From Podarcis bocagei (taxonomy: Eukaryota), in NCBI GenBank assembly GCA_964188305.1, contig OZ076895.1: a stretch of 64,000 nucleotides of DNA. One strand, written 5' to 3'. Under the pieces are notes generated by a model. The model was not told the DNA's origin and did no database searches. It was given only the letters and a program-made list of their open reading frames with translations. How positions within the stretch are numbered: position 1 is the stretch's first letter; every line of letters begins with the position of its first letter. A program made the position numbers and the translations under genes. Below, piece after piece: positions 59,428-64,000 of this stretch.

Positions 59428-60892
59428 CCCTAGAGGGAATACTAATAGTGGCTGGTTTGATAATTGGGGGCATGCATAGCTGGGTGTGTGATGCGTGTGC
59501 AGACTGCAGACTGCCTTGTTCGCCCAACACAAAAAATGTGGGTGCTGCATACTGTCTAGATAGCCTGATAGTTTGTGGGAAGAGTTAGTGGCTGTGACAC
59601 CAATGAAGTGAGGAAATGTAAACATGAGGTCCTGGAAGTGAAATTTAGGCTGCTAGGTAGGATGTTGAAAGCAAGGACCTTCTGTTTTCTCTGAAATGCT
59701 ACCCATTCCAAGTGTAAGGCCAGCAAGACAGGCAGGCATGTTCTGAGAGTCAGAAGGGGCACGTTATAGCAGTACAGAGAGGCTAAAGCATGATAGGCTA
59801 AAACACAAACACCAAATACATCTGAATAGAGGCACTATATGGAAGTGTTAATGCTAGAAGTCTCTGAGCCAAGGTGGGCAAGCTGGAGTGCTTGGTCTTA
59901 GAGCATAGACATAGTAGCAGTAACTGCTAGAGTGCAGTGCAATGCATTTCCACAGAGCTCACAGCATCTGCCCTTGCAAATACATTACACAAGCACAGCT
60001 GGTATAATGGGATTGCAAGTTAAAACAAATAAGTCAAATGGCGTTGCAGCTGGACCATACTGGGCTTGAATAAATTCCAGAGTATATGCCTTGTCTGGGA
60101 GCTATCCAGAATTGGAGTGTAAGCTATGGCAGGAATCCCACCCCATAAGGTCAGTCTTTCATGCTGATTCTTCAAAAACCTGACTGCAAGCTGCACTTCC
60201 ACTTGCAATATCTCTTTTTTAGCTTCCTCTCCCCCCCCCCCTGAGCCTTGCATTAACAAGAGAAGGTTACTGGCTGCTGCTCAAGCCTGTTTCTGTGTGA
60301 ATACTTTACTTTGTCAAAAGTATCCCAACTGCCTGCTACGGCTGAACCCTGCCTTTTGTCATGTCCAGCATCCTTCTGAGTATCCTAGAATTTTGAAACA
60401 CTACACAAAAAGCAAATGACCCCATCAACAAATATTCAAAAAACATACTTGCTTTTACTTCCTTCAAGAACCAGTCACAACCTGATACCACACTTCTGCT
60501 ACATATTTGCTCTCTGCAACTTGAACACAAATTCCAGCTCCCATTCCTGTTGTGGTCTTTTCCCAAATCTTCTGCTTGCATCCCATGGGGCTGGTAACTC
60601 ACTGATTGCCTTGGCTGGCAATGTATACTTGCTTTATAGAAAGGATTCTGGACTTGCATGTTTCCAAAAGAAGCAGCTTCACCAAACAATAAGCATCTTT
60701 ACACCCCTTTGTGCGGGAGTTGGGGGAAGGAAAAGATGCACTTACCCAACAGATTTGAATGACAGTTTCAAATGACAGGTTCACTTTGGAGAACAGTTAA
60801 GAGAGATGATTGGCAAAAATGTAAGCAGGCAGCCTTTTATCAGGTGGATTCAGATTATAAACTTAAGGTGATGGTTGGTTCCAATCCATAAA

Positions 60893-61794
60893 TCACCACA
60901 GGGATGTGTGCTAAGTCCCTACCTGTATTCATTGTATACATATGATTGTGTATCATCTGACCCATCTACTGCAATTATTAAGTTTGCAGATGACACCACC
61001 ATAATGGGTTTAATAACAGGTGGAGACGAATCAGCGTATAGAGGGGGGGTCCAAAAATATCTACATGGTGCCTAAGGAACAACTTGCACCTTAATATCAG
61101 CAAGACAAAGGAGATGGGTGTTGGACTTTCGGAGGAAGAGAGGAGAACTAGCCCCGCTGTACATCGGGCAGGGCTGTGTGGAGAGAGTCTCTTCCTTTAA
61201 ATTCCTAGGAGTTTATCTCAGTGAAGACCTTACTTGAAAAATAAATACAACCCAGGTGATTAAGAAAGCCCAACAGAGACTCCATCTCCTCAGAGTATTG
61301 CAAAAGAACGATGTCAATCAACATTTGATGATCTCCTTCTACCGGTCAACAATAGAAAGTGTCCTTTCATACTGCATCACGGTGTGGTATGCTGGTTTGA
61401 CATCAACTGATAGGAAGTGCCTACAGAAGGTGGTGAATACAGCACAATATTATGGGCTGTCCCATGAATCCGCTGGATGAAATAGCGGAAGAACGTTGCC
61501 TCAGGAGAGTGAAGAAAATTCTCAGGGATGATTCACACCCTGGCCAGCAATTTCTTGATCTCCTGCCCTCAGGCAGAAGATATAGAAGCATGATTAGCCG
61601 CACCAACAGGGTAAAGAATAGCTTCTATCCGTGGGCTGTTAGGCTGCTGAATTAAAAGATAACAACAGGGCAACTGACTTTCGGGTTTGGTGGATGTGCG
61701 TCAGTAAACGAGGGGAATTAAGACTAAGAGAGCTGTGCTCGTGTAATCTCACTGTGTACAAGTTGTACAAGTGACAATCAAATATTTCAATTCA
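60893..61794 (+). mobile_element. Rex1/Babar-clade LINE, 5'-truncated and disrupted reverse-transcriptase fragment
   Basis: PQGCVLSP, KFADDTT, KKAQQRL, FYRSTIESVLSYCITVWY, DDSHPG, LPSGRRYRS, NSFYPWAVRLLN*; frameshifts near 61047, 61115 and 61447, stop near 61235; tgacaat...(ttcaa)2 tail. Confidence 0.88.
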
Positions 61795-63563
61795 ATAAAT
61801 GCCTGCACCAACTCAGAGGCATGTACATTTTTAAAAAAATCTCTAGTTTACAACTGCCATGTGTGAAACATGTTCCCATTCATCTTGCTAGAGAAGATAC
61901 ACAATGCTCAGAGAAAGCAGACTTCCTTAAAGAAACTGATGCTCATTTTACATTTCAATTAGGTATTTTTTTCTAAGCACAAGCTCATATTTTAACATAT
62001 GTGGTAAAGTAGTCTAAAATGATACCGGAAAATACCTAGTTTATAGTTTTTAAACTTTTGTGAATGTTGGAGATGCTTAAAGTACTGTTTCCTCATCTTA
62101 AACACAATTTCCTTATTCCAGGGCAGCAAATATGGTATTCTCCAGATGTTGTTGGAATTTCTCTTCTGTCGATCCCAGCCAGCACAGCCAATGGTCAGGG
62201 ACCATGGGAGTTTTAATCCAACAACTGGAGGGGACACCTGCCCACAAATTCACCTTCAGCCTTTCCATATAATGGCATGCTAGACTTTATTACAGACACC
62301 TTCATTATTTCTGCTAACAGGAACCCTTCTGCTGACTGCCTCAATTTCCTCACATCTCCTTCCCTGCCCCAATACTGTCTGTTCTTCAAACAAATCTACA
62401 ATCCCCCTGCTTACAATAATATTCATTTCTTGGATGTCTCATACCTTAATTCCCAATGCCCAAATACCTGTTCAAGAACATGGATCAAATATTGATACTG
62501 CACTACATGAATATTCATAACCAATTTATATCCTTTTTCTGTCCCTCATAAGCACTCTGTACCACAACTACATGTGCTACTGAGACACTGAGGCCTGCTG
62601 AAGACTAAAGTCTCCCACATTTGCTGTAAAAACCAATTAAATTTCTAACAGAATGATTCATACCCTTGCTTACAAGAGACCTTCATAAAATGGAACAAGC
62701 AGCAGCTTCCAAGAGAAGCTGAAACACATCCAAGTAAGTAACACTACCAGCACAAACTAATTCATTGGAAAGATCTATGATATACTGGAAGACCATAAGA
62801 GATTCAATATGCAAACCATTAAGAACGGTCACAGGAAAATAGGAAAAGAGAAAGAGCTTACGAACCTTCCCGCAGGCTGTGGTAAGAATCCTGACTCAAG
62901 CTTACATTCTTTTGTTCCTTTGACACAATCTCTGCAAATGGCACAATCCCACCATAAGCAGGCTGGAGGGTTTTGGTTTTGTCCAACATGCTGAAGAAAA
63001 TCCCAAGACCAAAATGTCCCTCAGGCCTCTGGAGAGCTGTATAATCCTCAGGAAGGGACTTGTCAGAATAGGTTGCACAAAGACGCTTGTGTAGCCTTAC
63101 TCTCAGCTACCAGCCAGTTTCATTAACACTGGATTCAAAAAGAAAAAGGCCTACGCTCCCCCAAGAAGGGGTGTATGTACATACACATTGTAAGGAGCTA
63201 GGGAGTACTGAGCCTCACTCACGGCTGTGCACATTGACAGATGGATGGATTCCTTCATGAAACTGCTTGCAGCAACAGCTAACCTCATTCACCCAAAATA
63301 GTAAAGCAGTTGGTTTCTCTACTCAGACCTCAAACATTTGTCAGGCAAGCATCATCATGTAATTTAGTTCCTGCCCTCTCCTCCTCATCTCCACTGCTGA
63401 AGCTTAACTGCTGTGCTCACAAAGATATTTTTTTTGGAGGGGCGGGGATCTCTGGATCAGTAGGCACTGAGGCATCCATTTAACCAACACTCAATTATAG
63501 TATACACAGAAAAGGTGCTGATTAACACAAGAGAGAATTCTCTGTGCATTAAAGACCAAAATA

Positions 63564-63809
63564 CAGTCATACCTCAGGTTGAAGTAGCTTCGGGATAAGT
63601 ATTTTCGGGTTGCGCACTGCGGTGACCCGGAAGTAACGGAGCACATTACTTCCGGGTTTCGCCGCTCGCACATGTGCAGATGGTCAAAATTACATCACGC
63701 GCATGTGCAGACGCGGCGAATCACGACCCGCGCAGACGCGGGTTGCGTTCGCTTCTGGATGCGAACGGGGCTCCAGAACGGATCCCGTTCGCATCCAGAG
63801 GTACCACTG
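63564..63809. mobile_element. Tc1/mariner (pogo/Tigger-like) MITE
   Basis: TA|cagtcatacctc...gaggtaccactg|TA, CpG-rich. Confidence 0.82.
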
Positions 63810-64000
63810 TAACTGTATCACAAGGAGTGGTTTAGTTTAACCTGTCTGCTCCATTTCTGAAATGTCAGAATAAGGGCAAGACCTTATTCTGGTTTTCAAT
63901 GGTTAACAACTGTTAAATACTACAGTACAGTGGAGCACTGTGTCAGAAAAACATTAAGAGAATGCATCTCCATTTTATAAAAGACTATCATGAACCTCCA

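Noticed and set aside
60746-60783. Possible 38-nt cryptic MRTFA exon (aag acceptor, GG|gtaagt donor)
   Set aside because: It does not preserve the frame and has no recognisable homology; splice-like motifs alone are not enough.
63227-63300. Possible alternative first MRTFA exon (gtgagt donor on - strand with upstream ATGs)
   Set aside because: The ATG frame ends in phase 0, but the RPEL1 exon needs phase 1; no other support.
1-64000. CRISPR arrays, operons or other prokaryotic systems
   Set aside because: The sequence is spliced vertebrate DNA with no regularly spaced repeat-spacer structure.

Overview
Vertebrate (eukaryotic, intron-rich) DNA, most likely from a lacertid lizard judging by its Sauria SINE, Squam3-like, BovB, L2, CR1 and Penelope repeats. 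Two convergent genes fill the window. SGSM3 (+) has its complete CDS here: 21 coding exons, 2532..19259, 751 aa, TBC-SH3-RUN, with one GC-AG intron. MRTFA/MKL1 (-) has 14 coding exons from the RPEL1 exon at 50530 to the stop at 23210; its 5' exons probably lie beyond the window. Most ORF-track entries are exon fragments with intron read-through or noise. Best leads: a Penelope-derived insert carrying a minimal hammerhead ribozyme core inside a 13-bp TSD; a fish-type Rex1/Babar LINE; two extra in-frame MRTFA exons; one 9-mer that may be the poly(A) signal for both genes; and an AUU-initiated overlapping uORF candidate in SGSM3. I see no clear evidence of a wholly new multi-gene system. All homology calls come from recall of the protein and repeat families, not from database searches.
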